DNA from: Octopus bimaculoides
Taxonomy: Eukaryota
Assembly: GCF_001194135.2 (NCBI RefSeq)
Contig: NC_068983.1
Location: forward strand, 96,701,429-96,765,428
Direction of reading: 5' to 3'
Length of the DNA: 64,000 bases
This document shows positions 34,568 to 48,959 of this stretch, one piece after another. Each line of letters begins with the position of its first letter. The stretch's first letter is position 1. Both the position numbers and the translations under genes were made by a program. The notes beneath the pieces were generated by a model, which ran no database searches, had not been told where the DNA came from, and saw only the letters and a list, made by a program, of their open reading frames with translations.

Positions 34568-37500
34568 ATATATCCAAACTTAATCTTACATAGTAGACAT
34601 CCTATAATATAATACACAATGAACACGACAAGGTATTCATATAATTCACCTTCTGAACAACTGCCATCCCTTAATATAGTGTGTCCCATGCTATTTTCTT
34701 CTAAGCGCCACAATAACTTTCCAGAAAAATGTATGCCCCACCAGTGGTTGGAAAAAAGTGCTTTATTTTTAAAATTTCATCATTATATATTTTCCTTCAA
34801 GAAATATCCTCACTAGGGTATTGGAGTAGCGCTATACTGTAGCAAAGTCTTCACAAGTATGCTTGACTGGAGGGATTGGTTTGGCTAGATTGAGTATAGG
34901 TATAGTATGTTTGCTGTGAAAAATAGATTTTCACAATTCCATGTCCCACTAAAAGAAAAAAGAAAAAAGTTTTGATCCAACGCCCCATCACAATATTCCC
35001 AGACTTCACCGGTTAGGCATATTCCTCACGCTGGGAAACAATGCCTTAATATAACACAAACACTAACACAGAACTTGTACAACGCGTTCACCAGCTAACA
35101 AAATAATGCAATTCAAACAGGACACATCTTACGCAAAAAGTGGATCAAGCACTAGAGTAAGCAACAAGATAGTTGTGATATGCGAATCTAATACTACACC
35201 TATACACGCTGCACCCACATCATCACAGGAGTGCACCGAGTGCGACGGCAGAAACACTCATGAATCTATTGCAAAAACGATGATATTAACGACGACGACA
35301 ACGATGATCATCGCCATGACGACACGACGATGATCATAATGAACATGATGTTACCACATTTAGTCTCGTACAAGTTTAGAATTGCGGATATTAAAATGAG
35401 TCTAAAGTAAAAGAAGAGAAAATATGTTTTAATCAGGAGGACGAAAACAGTTCTTCCTTCTTTGTTCATCATACTTCGTTCTTCGTTCTTTGTTCTTCCT
35501 CTTCTAAGATCCCACAGTTTTCTCTACTTACAAGAAAGCACACGTATACACGCAAATATTAATGATCTTCCCTCAAAATCATTGATGACTGTTTCTCTTA
35601 CAATTGTGGAGCATTTGATACGTGTCCATCCTAATCTATCTCCTCTTTCAATGGCGGTTGCTCTGGAGTCTTAAAGAAGCGCAACATATTATTGATAGGA
35701 GAATTATTGCGTGTGCTACCGTCTATGCTATATCTACTGCATGACTTCAGGAGCAAGGAAACTATGAAAGTAACGGTATAATATTATCGAAGACGTGTGT
35801 GATATTCTGGCCGCTGCAACGACAGCATCAACTTTTAAACTCATGATCCATGGTTTTAGATTTCAGATGTAATCATTGTCGTTGTTGTTGAAAATATCGG
35901 TGTAATGAATCATTAAAATGATTTTAGAGTGCACCTTTCCCAGTTTCCCTATATCCACAGTGAAAATGATAAATCAAGTCACAAGGGCAATCGAACACGA
36001 CTGCTATTTCTTTCAGCTGCGGGAAACTTGCTGAGAAACAGCGGTGGGAAATCTTTTTGTTTACAAGCTCATCTTAATTGAATTCTCAGCTTTATTTTCG
36101 TTGGGGTGAGAATGCCTATTCAGTATTTCGCAGCAAAAATAATGAAGATTCAACAGGAGACTCAGATGGTAAATAACGCAGTGTTCAGTGTTCTGGGGAT
36201 AAATGTTATCTTTTGATATTAATACTGCTTCTGAAGCTATTAATTAATTTTTGATAAGTCCATTGACTATTTGCGACTCCAATTCCGGAATAGACAGTGA
36301 GATTCTATCTATATCGCTGACGAGGGAATCAATGCTATCTCTACCCATGGGCGCTTGCCATTGACAAGATTCATGAAGGACGAAATCATGTGATCCGGTA
36401 GTACCGGCGGCGATAGCGGACAATTATCTACCGCAAGTGATAGAGACATGAGTGATTTTGTGTACCACAAATCCATATGAAATGTTATCTCATTTTGTAA
36501 CACAACATCTACTTTTAAGTTGGGATAAATAATTTAGCAATTTCGTATATAATTTGTAGATAGTAAAATTTTATCGCATTTTCTCTTTTGTAAATGTATA
36601 CTAATACGAGAAACCATTATTTAGACGTACCTGGATACTGAGTTCACACTGAGTATGTGTATGTGTCTTCATATTCACTTTATTGACATAAATTATTAAG
36701 ATAGTACTGACAATGTGGTAGTGTTAATCTATTCCGAGTCCCTTTCTCCTTAAAGTTGCCATTCACATATTCCATGTAGATAGCTAAGTTGTTTTCCATA
36801 CAAACGATTCGCCAAAACGTTTCTTCATAATAAAGAGCCTCCTTAAATATCACCAATCTTCTTCTCGAGTCTCTATAGAAAGTTTCTTGCTTTTCTACTA
36901 CCCTCGTTCCTATAAAAAGAGAAGTACCCCAGGTCTATTTTTTAAACATTGTAAATTAATTTTATTGAAAAATGTTTAGTTTACTCTTTCTAACTATAAT
37001 CATTACTAAACTTTGTAATATTCTGACTATGTGTTATAAGGAGGATGTTCCTCGTTTAAGTTGTCAGGATAGATGTATGTATACATGTATGTATGTGTGT
37101 TGATAAATAGTAGCTCTGTGTAAGTGGTAACAGTGGCTCTCTATACATGCATCTGGATACATATTTCTAGGCACATCTAAGTACACACTAATATCTCACT
37201 ACAACACTGAAGTAGAATATGTATATTTTCTATATGTAAGTGCAAATCAGCAAATACTGTACATTTATATACACACGCATATATATATATATATATNNNN
37301 NNNNNNNNNNNNNNNNNNNNNNNNNNNNNNNNNNNNNNNNNNNNNNNNNNNNNNNNNNNNNNNNNNNNNNNNNNNNNNNNNNNNNNNNNNNNNNNNNNNN
37401 NNNNNNNNNNNNNNNNNNNNNNNNNNNNNNNNNNNNNNNNNNNNNNNNNNNNNNNNNNNNNNNNNNNNNNNNNNNNNNNNNNNNNNNNNNNNNNNNNNNN

Positions 37501-38743
37501 NNNNNNNNNNNNNNNNNNNNNNNNNNNNNNNNNNNNNNTATATATATATATATATATTGTGTAAATAACTAGACGTATCAAAGTATTAAAATATATTTCA
37601 GTCGAATATTCAAAATTTATGTTTTTATATTTCTACTGTAAATAAAGTGAAAATCTCACCAAAAACAATTTAAGAAGTAGTAAGAAAGAAAAAGAAGAAA
37701 AAAGAGAAACAAAGGAATGAATTTCATCCGAAACACCGAAGTGAAAATCTTGGAAAGAAAAAAAGAAAAGGAAAATGAAAAGAGAAGAAAATACTACAAA
37801 ATTTGAATTGTAATACAGAAATAGAGAGAAATGGCTATAAGCACACTAACAACAACATTAACAAAAGAAAAAGATAATAATGTTAAATGACTTAAATGAA
37901 AAACAAAGGAAAGATGGTTTTAAAACCACAACATTCTTTAAATAGTTAACTTGAAAGTCTACGAGTTAAACCTACGAATAACAAAGATTCATTTCTTTCA
38001 TTTTTCGTTTGTTGCTGTTTTTGTTGTTTTTATTTTTGTTGGTTGTGTGTTTTCTTTTTTTCTGTTCTTTAAATAAGAGGGAAATCTGATTAAAAGGAGA
38101 GTTTGAAAGTGAGGTAATTAAAAGAAGAATAGATAAAAACGTGAGAAACGAATGAACAATAGCGGTGGCTATAATGCGATCATTTCTGAAACGGTATATA
38201 TCTTTTTACTTACTCCAAGAAGACGGACCTTCTTTATTATTTTTCTTTTCTGCTTTCTGTTATTGCTACCATACGTACGTACACCACTTTCGCTCCACTA
38301 TGGCTTGCTAAGCAAATCTTTAAATATTTCAATGAGATTTTCAACTAAATACATATCGATCTATGTAGAAACGAAGTGAGAATTCATAAAATTGGAACTG
38401 AAAAAGAGAGATGAGGGGGAGAAAGAGAGAGAAAGAGAAAGAGAGATAAAGAGAGAGAGACGGAGAGGGGAAGGAAGATAGTGTGAAAGGGGGCAAAAAA
38501 TTTAAATTACAAGACTTAAGCAGATATCTAAGAATGTAAGAACAAAAGAGTTTTTCTCTCACCCTTCATCATTTTCTTTATACGTTTTCTATCTTACTCT
38601 CACCGTTCCACCCGTGTCGAACTATCCTCAGCTCTGATTCCACCACCTTTTCTCGCGCATCCTCTCTCTCTCACTTCTCTCCCCAGCTCTCTCTCTCTCT
38701 CTGTCTCACTCTTTTTTCTTTATCTTTCTATTTCCCTTCTCTC

Positions 38744-38751
38744 AGAAGAAG

Positions 38752-38780
<29 letters not shown>
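38744..38780. repeat. (GAA)n microsatellite within a purine-rich low-complexity region
   Basis: Read directly. Confidence 0.95.
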
Positions 38781-38782
<2 letters not shown>

Positions 38783-40054
38783 GTTATTAATGAAAAGAAA
38801 ATAATAAAAATAAATGCAAGATGATAGGGGAAAAAATCTGATAAAGAGGAAAGGAAATATAATGTGAAAAGTGAAGGTTAGAGAGAAAGTAGATTTTAAA
38901 ATAAAAATAATATAATTATGAAATTTCGAACGCATTTTTGCATTAATAACTTAAGAGAAATATATGTGTGCATTTTATTTATACACCTCCTGTATGAAGA
39001 AGGATTACCATGGGCAACCAGGCAGAAGTTAAAGTCTCGCCATAACTGAACTCACTTTTTCTACACGCTTTTGCATACATACATTCATTCATACATACAC
39101 ACACATACGTATATACATACATACATACATACATATATAAATGTATAAATGTGTATTCGTATACATTCATATGTGCCTATATATATATGTAAGACTATTA
39201 CAAATACACATACAAACATACATACGTATCTTCGTATATAAATAAATATGCATACATGTGCATACGAACGCGCGTCCTAACCCCGCCCCACACACATGTA
39301 AGTTATCATACATCTGAATGAATATTATCTTCTATATTTATTTTACGTATACATACTTGTATGTGCGTGAGTATTTACAGAGGTGATTATTTTCAAATAT
39401 AAACATTTTAAATATACTCGTTTTATTTGATTTTTATTGCATATATGCTTATAACTTTGCGCTTATTACAGACACAGAGAAATATATATAAACATATATG
39501 TATATATATATNNNNNNNNNNATATATATATGTGTGTGTGTATGTATGTATGTATATGTATATGCATATATATATACATTAACATTTATATATATACATG
39601 TATGTGTAATCTTCGATTCTCTTCTGTTTGTGTCTATATTTGTATATATGAATGAGTGAATGATTTATAGAGAGACAAACATTCAGACAGATACAGAGGC
39701 AGGCAGACACGTAGACAACCAAATAAACTCCTAGGACAAACAAATAGTCAATCAGATTGACAAAGGGACATATATGAAACGGATGGTTTATAGCTGTTAT
39801 TGATTAGTATTATTTGTACAATACCACATACATATGGGAGGTATATAACTTATTATATTGACCACAGGGTTTTTGCGTGTACTTATTTTCTGAACTCTGG
39901 CGTATTGAAAGGCTAAAATCAACCCAGTGTCATTTGAACCCATAACGTAGTATGACGGGCATAAATATCGCATGGCGATTTGTCCTCCACAGTACGAATT
40001 CTGAGAATACTCTACTCAGGGTTTATAAATTGTATTCAACGACATCATAAACAT

Positions 40055-40488
40055 GCGTGGCTGTGTGGTAAGAAGTTTGCTTCTCAACCACATGGTTCCG
40101 GGTTCAGTTCCACTGCGCGGCACCTTGGGCAAGTGTCTTCTACTATATCTTCGGGTCGACCAAAGCCTTGTGAGTGTATTTGGTAGACGGAAACTGAAAG
40201 AAGCCTATCATATGTATGTGCACGTGTGTGTTTGTGTGTGTGTGTGCGTGTGTGTGTGCGTGTGTGTGTGTATCTATGTCTGTGCTTGTCCCCAACCCCC
40301 ACCCCTACCCTCCGGTGCTGCTTCACAACCAATGCTGGTGTGTTTATATACACATAACTTGGTGGTTCGGCAAAGGAGACGATAGAATAAGTTCTAGGCT
40401 TATAAAAAATAAGTCCTGGAGTCTTTAAGGCAGTGCTCCAGCATGGCAGCAGTGAAATGACTGAAACAAGTAAAAGAATAAAAGAATA
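40055..40488 (+). mobile_element. SINE family C, full length (tRNA head, CORE-like block, internal (TG)n, TAAAAGAA tail)
   Basis: GCGTGGCTGTGTGGTAAG...GGGTTCAGTTCC...CCTTGGGCAAGTGTCTT...(TG)n...GCTCCAGCATGGC...GACTGAAACAAGTAAAAGAATAAAAGAAT. Confidence 0.92.
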
Positions 40489-40852
40489 ATATAAATACCA
40501 ATTTGGAAGAGAAAGATAAATATTCTCACTAATAGTAAATAATACATTTAGGTGTTTGTCCGCCTGTTTTTACTTCTTTATAAAATTGCTATTTGCAGTG
40601 TCTGATAAACTTATATTAAGATCTTAGCAATCAATTCATACTAGTTTATAAAATTACCATACATTCATGTGCTAACCTTTCAGGCGATCTCTATAATTTG
40701 CCAATGCAGGCCATCACTAGCTTCTTCAAATAAATTTTTTTCGTCATGTTGAGTGTTTCATTGATCAAGTTTTCATTTATTCTTAAATTCCAGCTCGTAC
40801 CGACAGTCCAAGGACTGTGAATCTATCAAGGCGAATGAGATATACACTTTGT

Positions 40853-41220
40853 CGGTGCTACTTTGGCGTATGATCTACAACTTCAAGGGCGATTACTTTA
40901 GATTAGTTTTTAGTTTCTTTACGTTGCAAAACTCGCAGCTACCAAATTTGTGTGATCTACACGCTTATTTTAAGTATTATATTGTTTATTATTGGTTTCT
41001 ACTTATTATTTACAAAAGCATAAGTGAAAAATGGTTTTATTATTAAAATAGTACGAATTTTGAAAAAAATTCATTTACGATAATAAGTATGTACAAAAGA
41101 ATTTATAGTAAAAAATCTTTAGCCAACATCTTAAAGGTCTTTAGAAATTGGTAAGTAATCTAAAAAGTAACCTAAAGTAATCGCCCTTTAAGTTGTAGAT
41201 CCCACGCCGAAGTAGCACCC
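40853..41220. mobile_element. MITE with about 60-bp TIRs and apparent 5-bp TSD TTTGT
   Basis: GGTGCTACTTTGGCGTATGATCTACAACTTCAAGGGCGATTACTTTAG is inverted to CTAAAGTAATCGCCCTTTAAGTTGTAGATCCCACGCCGAAGTAGCACC; TTTGT at 40848-40852 and 41221-41225. Confidence 0.85.
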
Positions 41221-44200
41221 TTTGTTTGACCCTTACACTATAGGTACTTATTTTGCATGAAACAGTACATACTGATTTGAAATCTGACCAGATGAAACAA
41301 AATGCTGCAAAACTGGTGTTGTACGGCGTTACTCGTGCACTAGTCTGATTACAAATATCTGTATTTTAACCTATGATTGGTATTGGAATTTATAATAGCT
41401 ATTAAATTCTTTCATCTATTAAAATAACATGGTATATCCCGTAAAGAAATTTTTACTTCGTATAGAAGCAATCTGAACTACTTACTCTCAACCGCAGTAA
41501 TCCATTTCTCCCTACTAAAATTAGGTATTCTAGTATAGTCAAAACGCCTAAATATTGATTTGTAACAGACATAAGGCCAGGAAACTAACTTGTGTAATGG
41601 GAAAAGTCAATTACAAAACCTCTCGATATTAACTGGTGCTTATTATATTAACGTTATATAACTGACAAAGGTGAAACGAGAAGTTTAAAGATAAACAAAC
41701 TGCGGTAACATTTATTCTGACATTCTGTTGTTTGTGCTGCTATCACAACTGGCATGTAGCTGATTAAAGGGACTGCTTAGAGTTAAATATGTTTGTTTAC
41801 AACAGACAGGGCTGCTCTGGGGAACAGGGTGAGGCACTGATCTAACAACTAGTCTTACTTTTGTCTCCTACTCCAGTCTTCCCCGAGAATGAAATACTCT
41901 AATGTCAATACTGATTAACAAGAAATTTTTCATTTTATGTCTCATGGTTAGCTTGAATAGTTATTTACATATTCTCATAGACTGGTGGTATCACTATAAA
42001 CTAAAAGTGATGAAAGTATGAGTGATATTGTAATACAGAAATATCTGAATGGGGGAGATATTCCTCGAAGAATCAGTGCTTCGATTGTGTGTTTGATGTC
42101 AGAATTGGGAAAAGAATCAAAGTATACAGTATTCGAGAGGTACATCTGAATAGATATAGCATTAATCTAGTTGGTTAAAATTGAAGAACAAAGAGCAACT
42201 ACAGACTAAAGGTTTACATCAGCAAGACAGATTAATAAATTTCACAAAAAGAATAATTTTGTGTATGTGGTTCAAAAGACAGTTAGTTCTAACCTGTAGG
42301 GTAAGGTTCTTCGTCACAAAGAAATTTAAAGCAGTCAAAAGAAGCATAGGAAAGAGGATATGTCATTAGAGCTGTTGTTGCACGAGTCAAGACAAACTGT
42401 GATCAAGTAGAACTATAACACGCAAATAGCTTATGGAACAACTAAATACGATCAGTAGACATATTGTTTCAAATATACCACCAAATATTTGAGGACTATA
42501 ACACAATATAGTTGAGAACCAAAACACAATATAGCTGAGGGCCATACTGTATATTTCAACATGTACTGTGGTATGTGTTCCCTGGATACATAAGGACAAG
42601 ATGTACACCAGCCGAACGATTATTGTGAGTGTTATGAATTCTTCTGAAAATGCCAAAGGTTCCCAGACCAGAACATAGAAACATTTTACTTATTTCATCT
42701 TACAAAAACTTTCAATAGTGCCTGATATTATATATGGTTTTAAAGCTAAATATTTCCCGCAGTTTTAATGTTTCAGTCTTGATAAATAAAGTTAATTAGA
42801 CTAAGTCGACTACATTAGTTATGCGTTTGTATTCAGGAAACCACTCCATGTAACCATTTACATAGGTCACTATGTAGGCTCTTAATATTGAGGGTCGTAT
42901 AATCTACATTACAAACTCGTGTGATAGAAAAGAAATGTCAAGAACCTGACAGTCACACTGACTAGTTGGGATTAGAGAGGTACACTACTTGTTTAGGGAA
43001 TCGGGGAATAGGTGTACCAATATACGTGTGATGTAGTTGAGAATAGCAGGTAATTAACATTAATTAAGCTATGTATAAATAGGTTAGCCATTTGGTGAGT
43101 GGTGAAATATCACTGAACATACTGTTGATTCCTCTCCGTTGGTATGTGGCACCTATTTTTTCAATATAAGGTAGTATGGTATGTGTTTGTATAAACATTA
43201 AATAGTTTCTGTTCATTTGCTATGAAATGATTACAATCTCAGAAAAAATAATCAGTGATCCAAAACAAAAATATAAATAAAAATAAAAATAAAATAAAAT
43301 TTATAACAATGAAAGCGAAAAATAAAAAAAGCTCGAAAGAAATTAATTTGTGTTTTTTTTTAATTTGATTGACATAAAATAGTCGTCTACAAACAAAGAA
43401 GTGATGAATGCATCGAAGGAATGTCAGCTCTTTCCATTTTATATGACCAAGAGAAAACCGTGAAGATATCAAGTTCAAAATTACTTAAGTGTCAGACCAG
43501 TGGGGAATGATGGAACACTGTGATTGTGAATTAGAGCGGTGAGCTGGTAGAACCGATAGCGCGACGGGTAATGCTAAGCGACTTATGCCAAAACTTGAAA
43601 CCAGTATCTTATAGGTATTTTATTTATCGATGACAGATAAGCTAAAATTAAAAGGACGGATGTTAAGGTAGTGAGATATGAACTAGATATTTCTGAAGAA
43701 CAATACCTGAAAATCAGCATCTGCATCAAATTCACAAGACGGATGTGCTTGTTAAAACATGTTTATATGTCTGTTCACAGATTCACTATTCACAAATATC
43801 TATAATTAATAAAAGTTGACGAAAGGCTCTTCTTGGAGATGAAAGATGTACTAAGGTTTTCAATAGACAGACGAACGCATTGTTAAATGAAAACTGTACT
43901 TGTGTATGATTTGTTACGTTATAACTCTAAGGAGATGAAGCAAAAGTAAACAGACTGTATAGATTTGTCAGCCGTCTAAACATACTTATAATAAGGCTTT
44001 TGTCAGAGTTTATATACACTAGATACATTTTCATATAGACTGTGAAGAAATCATGTAAATTTATCTTCAAACTGGAGTTTGTTTAAATAAAACTACATTA
44101 ATCCGTTATCCATATATGTTATATATGCTATATGCGTACGCATATGCATTTATAATTATAAATGCGCATGATAATGTATAAATATGGATATACATCAACA

Positions 44201-44604
44201 CACGTATTAATAATTATCAATGGATATGCGTATACATATAACAAAGCACACATACATATGGGATGCGTTACACAAACACTTCCGCGCGCGTGCATAGTAT
44301 AATTCGCGTAAAAACCTGCATTTAAGAGTTCTTATATCGTTTATTTGGCTACCACATGTTATCCTACAGTAGGGTATATTCCAGGGCTGGATAAACAAAT
44401 GTAGAACTCCTCTTTGCGTAAGATTACTATAAGAAAAATAGAACACAAGGATGGAGGATATCAGGCTTTAAATGCTGTGGTCTGCTATTAAAGTCTGATG
44501 TCCTTCATTCTGGTCCTTTACTTAGATACACACACGTATATTATATATGCATATATATACACGTACACGCACGTCTTTCTATCGCTGTATCTCTCTTCAT
44601 ATGT

Positions 44605-44670
<66 letters not shown>

Positions 44671-45124
44671 GCGCGCACACGTGCGTATATGTATATATAA
44701 TGCACATATAAAACACACACACAAACACATATATATATATATACATGTATATATGTATGTATCTACGTATAGTATATATATGTACATATACTATACACGT
44801 TTCATCTTATAAAATCTCATAATAGATTTGTATATCGTAATCAGAGCTGAATATCTCGTGCAGCTTTTCTTTCAATCTTGTTAGAGTGGGTAGAACACGG
44901 CTGACATGGTGGAACTCTAGTTATGCGTTTCTCTTCAACTAACCAGTCCATGTAACTATTTTAATAGGTCGTTATATAGGCAATGAATAATTATATTTTA
45001 CAATCTACCTCGCAACAGATAGGAAAGATATGTCAAGTAACAGAGATTCACGGGATTACATGGAATGGTACAATGCATGATTAGCGAATCAAAAAGATAG
45101 GTAATGCAGGTTTCATAATTTGTT

Positions 45125-45301
45125 ATAAAGCCAGCAAGTTCGAGGGAATGGGGTAAGTCGATAACATCGACCCCAGTAATTAACTATTACTTATTTTATC
45201 GACCCTGAAAGAATGAAAGGCAAAGTCGACCTCGGCGGAATTTGAACCCAGAGCGTAAAGTATTTTGCTCGGCGTGCTAACGATTCTGCCAGCTCACTAC
45301 C
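45125..45301 (-). mobile_element. SINE family A
   Basis: AAGTCGATAACATCGACCCCAG...GAAAGGCAAAGTCGACCTCGGCGGAATTTGAAC...GCTAACGATTCTGCCAGCTCAC. Confidence 0.9.
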
Positions 45302-46944
45302 TTAGAAAGATAGGTAAATACGATAGACGTGAAAGACAGATATGAGGTTGTAGTAATCAGCAACTAAGTGTCGTTGATATCATGGTTAGTGATTCTTTTG
45401 GTCTGTCGGATGTTTGGCCACTTTTTCCGATGTGATCAAAATGGAATGCTTGTATTTGTAGAAGCAGCACCGCTCCACATATGTGACCATTAACTTAGCA
45501 TAAATAGCAAGGGATGCCTCAGTGTGGGTGCAATCCAATGATTGAAATAAGTAAAAAAGCAAATGAATTTTATTTCGAAAAAAATTTTAATATAGTTTTA
45601 TTTTATAAAACTATATAAAACAAATTTGGTATGAAATTAAAAGAAAATAGATACAACTAAATATAACAAAGACTTTGTTGTATTTAAGTGTATGTTCTAT
45701 TTAACTACTATTAAGTTGTTATAATGTGGTATTAAAGTAGATTACAATAAAACAGAAATAAAGAAAAGCTGGGAAATAGAAATAAAGCAGAAAGTTTATA
45801 AGGGCGGAAACGCAGGTGTATAAGATTATATCGTTTGCAATGATTATTATGTATTAAATCAGGTAATTAATTCACGTTGTTAAAACCAAGTTGAAATCAA
45901 GTTGATTCCAGTATTATAAATTGAAGGCTTAATAGGAATTTGTAGTTTGTAAATTCAATATTAAAATAAAAATAGTAAATAGGGAAGGAGAAACAATTGT
46001 TAAGTCTATGTGTAAATAATTACATCTGGGTTTATTGGTTGCTATGGTGTGTTCTCTCTGTTATATTATTATAAATCAGAAATCATAAGGATGAAACTAG
46101 TAATTGTTGTTGCTGGAAATATACTATTGTCCTTGATAGTAATAAACATTATGTTGAAAATGTTAAACATTATGTTGAAAATGTATTCTAACTAGTTATT
46201 ATTAATAATAAAATTTCATAAGAAAATCCATCATTTGAGTGTTTCTGTGCTTGTTCAAAAAATTATTATTTGTTTCGAAATATAGGTTAAAATGATTTTA
46301 TGTTTCCTAAAATTATTTCTGCACGATGAAATTAATTTGAAGTACCGATAAACTAGTAGTGCATAATACATCAAAATTTTCTCGCATATGCAAAGTTTAA
46401 AAGTTTTCTTTTCTTTTCTTTTTACTTTAGAAATGGTAGAATTTTCATTACATATTCCCATGTATTCATTAGCAGAAATTTCCTGTTAATTTGATATCAT
46501 AGGACTTCTTTGGTTTTAATTAATTAGCACTCTCTTTCAATATATCAAAATTGTTCTCTATAGGAACATATAGTCTTCACATATACATTTAACTTGACCC
46601 AACTTTACAAAGAACATATTTTTGTTGAGGTAAGTTTGAAAGATAATTCTTTTAAATTAAGATATTCGTTAAAATATAAATTTTGCAGATTTTCCCTTTC
46701 CAATAAAGCAAAAATTTCACCTTAATAAGATTAAAAGATTTCGCAATCTGGCTTTCAGATGAGTTTACTTCGGACTACAATATAATCCAATAAATGAGGC
46801 CGAGTTGCCGGTCCACGTGTAACTCGAAATTCTAATGCGCTCCTCCCTAATGCATCTCTCTTCTATGGAGCCACTGTGTACAAGTGAAAGTAGCTCGCCA
46901 GGCATAACAGGAGCCAAGTTGTAACTGCTGTGTCGTGGAAAAGT

Positions 46945-47310
46945 GCGTGTGCGTGTGTGTGTATGAGATTATATATGTATGTATGAATGTGTATATACAT
47001 TCATATATGTATGTGTCTATGTTTTATAGTCTGGTCATACAAGAGAAGAGTCCATAACAACTGGAGAACCGAATGTAGTAACTAGGGAATTCACTACTCT
47101 AATTGCTGGTCGACCCACCTCAAGTGGCATGCAACCGGGACGGAAGTGGTGAGTCCCAACTTATTTGCCATAGTTTCTACATTTGGTTCTTCAGTTTTGG
47201 ATGATATGGACTCTTCTCTTCTTGACTAAGCTATAAAACATATAGGAACATATACACATTCATACATATATATATATACAATGACATACACATACACACG
47301 CACCCGCCCC
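46945..47310. repeat. Degenerate fold-back (about 140-bp arms, about 87-bp spacer)
   Basis: AAGAGAAGAGTCCATA...CTGGAGAACCGAATGTAGTAACTA (47041-47083) is inverted to TAGTTTCTACATTTGGTTCTTCAG...TATGGACTCTTCTCTT (47171-47220). Pairing extends outward through TATGTTTTATAG/CTATAAAACATA and GTATGAATGTGTATAT/ATATACACATTCATAC. Confidence 0.75.
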
Positions 47311-47820
47311 CACGCTCATACCCCACCCCCACGCACACAAATACTTTGAAAATTGTGACCAGTTAATTTCACAGTACTCTTATAACGGCAAGACTCTCAG
47401 AAAATATACTTTCTTTCTCAAGGAATCCGAAGCATCATACGCAGAAAAACAGGCTAAATATTTCCTATAACAATATTTGTGTTTCCAGAAACCATGAGCA
47501 TGATAAATGAAAAGTGATGGCTTCAAGTAGGAATTGAAACTATGCTGCTAGCTCGTTTTGTAGCGACCTTACCTCGTGTTCTAATATTATATTATCGTAT
47601 TAAATTTCATTGGTAATGACATTTCACGACGAATTATTATTGAGAGAAGAGTGTGACTATACAATGTGGGTGGGTCTTAATGCCAGTATGAATTAAAGAT
47701 GATTTGGGTTGTAAAGTTTATATTTGTAGAATCGTAAGGAGAAATGGTTTACGGTTCAGCTTCGCACGCCATTTTTTTTTTACGTTCTGGATATATATCC
47801 TGCGGATGTCTACTGTGGAT

Positions 47821-47980
47821 GAGAAGGAGGATGAGAAGAAGAAGAAGAAGAAGAAGAAGAAGAAGAAGAAGAAGAAGAAGAAGAAGAAGAAGAAGAAGAC
47901 GAAGAAGGATGAGAAGAAGAAGAAGAAGAAGAAGAAGAAGAAGAAGAAGAAGAAGAAGAAGAAGAAGAAGAAGAAGAAGA
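47821..47980. repeat. (GAA)n microsatellite with a duplicated AGGATGAG interruption
   Basis: Two blocks of AGGATGAG(AAG)n, read directly. Confidence 0.95.
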
Positions 47981-48179
47981 AAATGGAGCAAAACAATTTA
48001 TGTAATGTAATGAAAGTGGTAGTGGCGGTAAACATGAGGGTAGGACAATTACATTATTCCCGGTTTCATTAAAATAATCTTAGCGATCATAAACTCGACG
48101 ATAAAACGATAGCAGTGCTGAAATCAATCATGCATCGATTTCAGTGGTATGTTACTATAGACAGGCCTAAAAGGCTTGC

Positions 48180-48239
<60 letters not shown>

Positions 48240-48251
48240 ATTAAGAGTATA

Positions 48252-48535
48252 GACGCTCTTCGGTCATGAATGACCATAAGATTGCACCTAGAAAGTTCCC
48301 CTCCGGGGCACAAGTCGAGGGCAAGGTTGTTTATGGAAGACCAGCAGTCTCCCTTGCATACCAGCCTCTCCTTTTCATGCCACCGATGTTATCTCAAGGG
48401 AGAGACAAAAGCCGATTCAGTTTGGCACCAGTGACGTCGCAACTCGTTTCTACAGTTGAGTGAACGAGACCAACATGAAATAAAGTGCTTTATCCAAGAA
48501 CACAGCACACAGCTTGGTGCGGTAATCGAACTCAC
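48252..48535 (-). mobile_element. SINE related to family D in its central block but with a different 3' tail; head truncated
   Basis: Central GAAATAAAGTGCTTTATCCAAGAACAC block matches about 12040-12066. The tail (GATTGCACCTAGAAAG...GCAAGGTTGTTTATGGAAGACCAGCAG) is unlike that of families B/D. Confidence 0.7.
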
Positions 48536-48599
48536 ATATATCCATACATACATACATGCATACATACATACATACATACATACACGCACACACACACAA

Positions 48600-48632
<33 letters not shown>

Positions 48633-48959
48633 CAGCGTCCACGTGAGAGAGCTAGGTAAATAGATAAAGAGAGAGAGAGAGACTACTGAGAATAAAAAAT
48701 TCACATTGCGCAGATGCAAGCATCCAAGAATACATGTGTGTGTGTGTGTGTTTATAAACGTCATCACCGAGAAGTACATAATTATATGCATATACACAAA
48801 TAAGGAGGGAGTCTGAAACTTTGTATTGAAGATATCCAAATAGAAAGCAAAGATTCTTCAGATTACTGAATCTACGTATGCCTGCAACCTACATTTCATA
48901 CTTTTTATGATAACCTGTTTCTTTTGCCTGAAAATGGGTCGAATTTTTCAATTGTCGTT

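Noticed and set aside
42387-42656. Hydrophobic 89-aa minus-strand ORF resembling a membrane receptor fragment
   Set aside because: Starts at TTG, has no GPCR motif, and neighbouring frames are riddled with stops; hydrophobicity is expected from T-rich strands.
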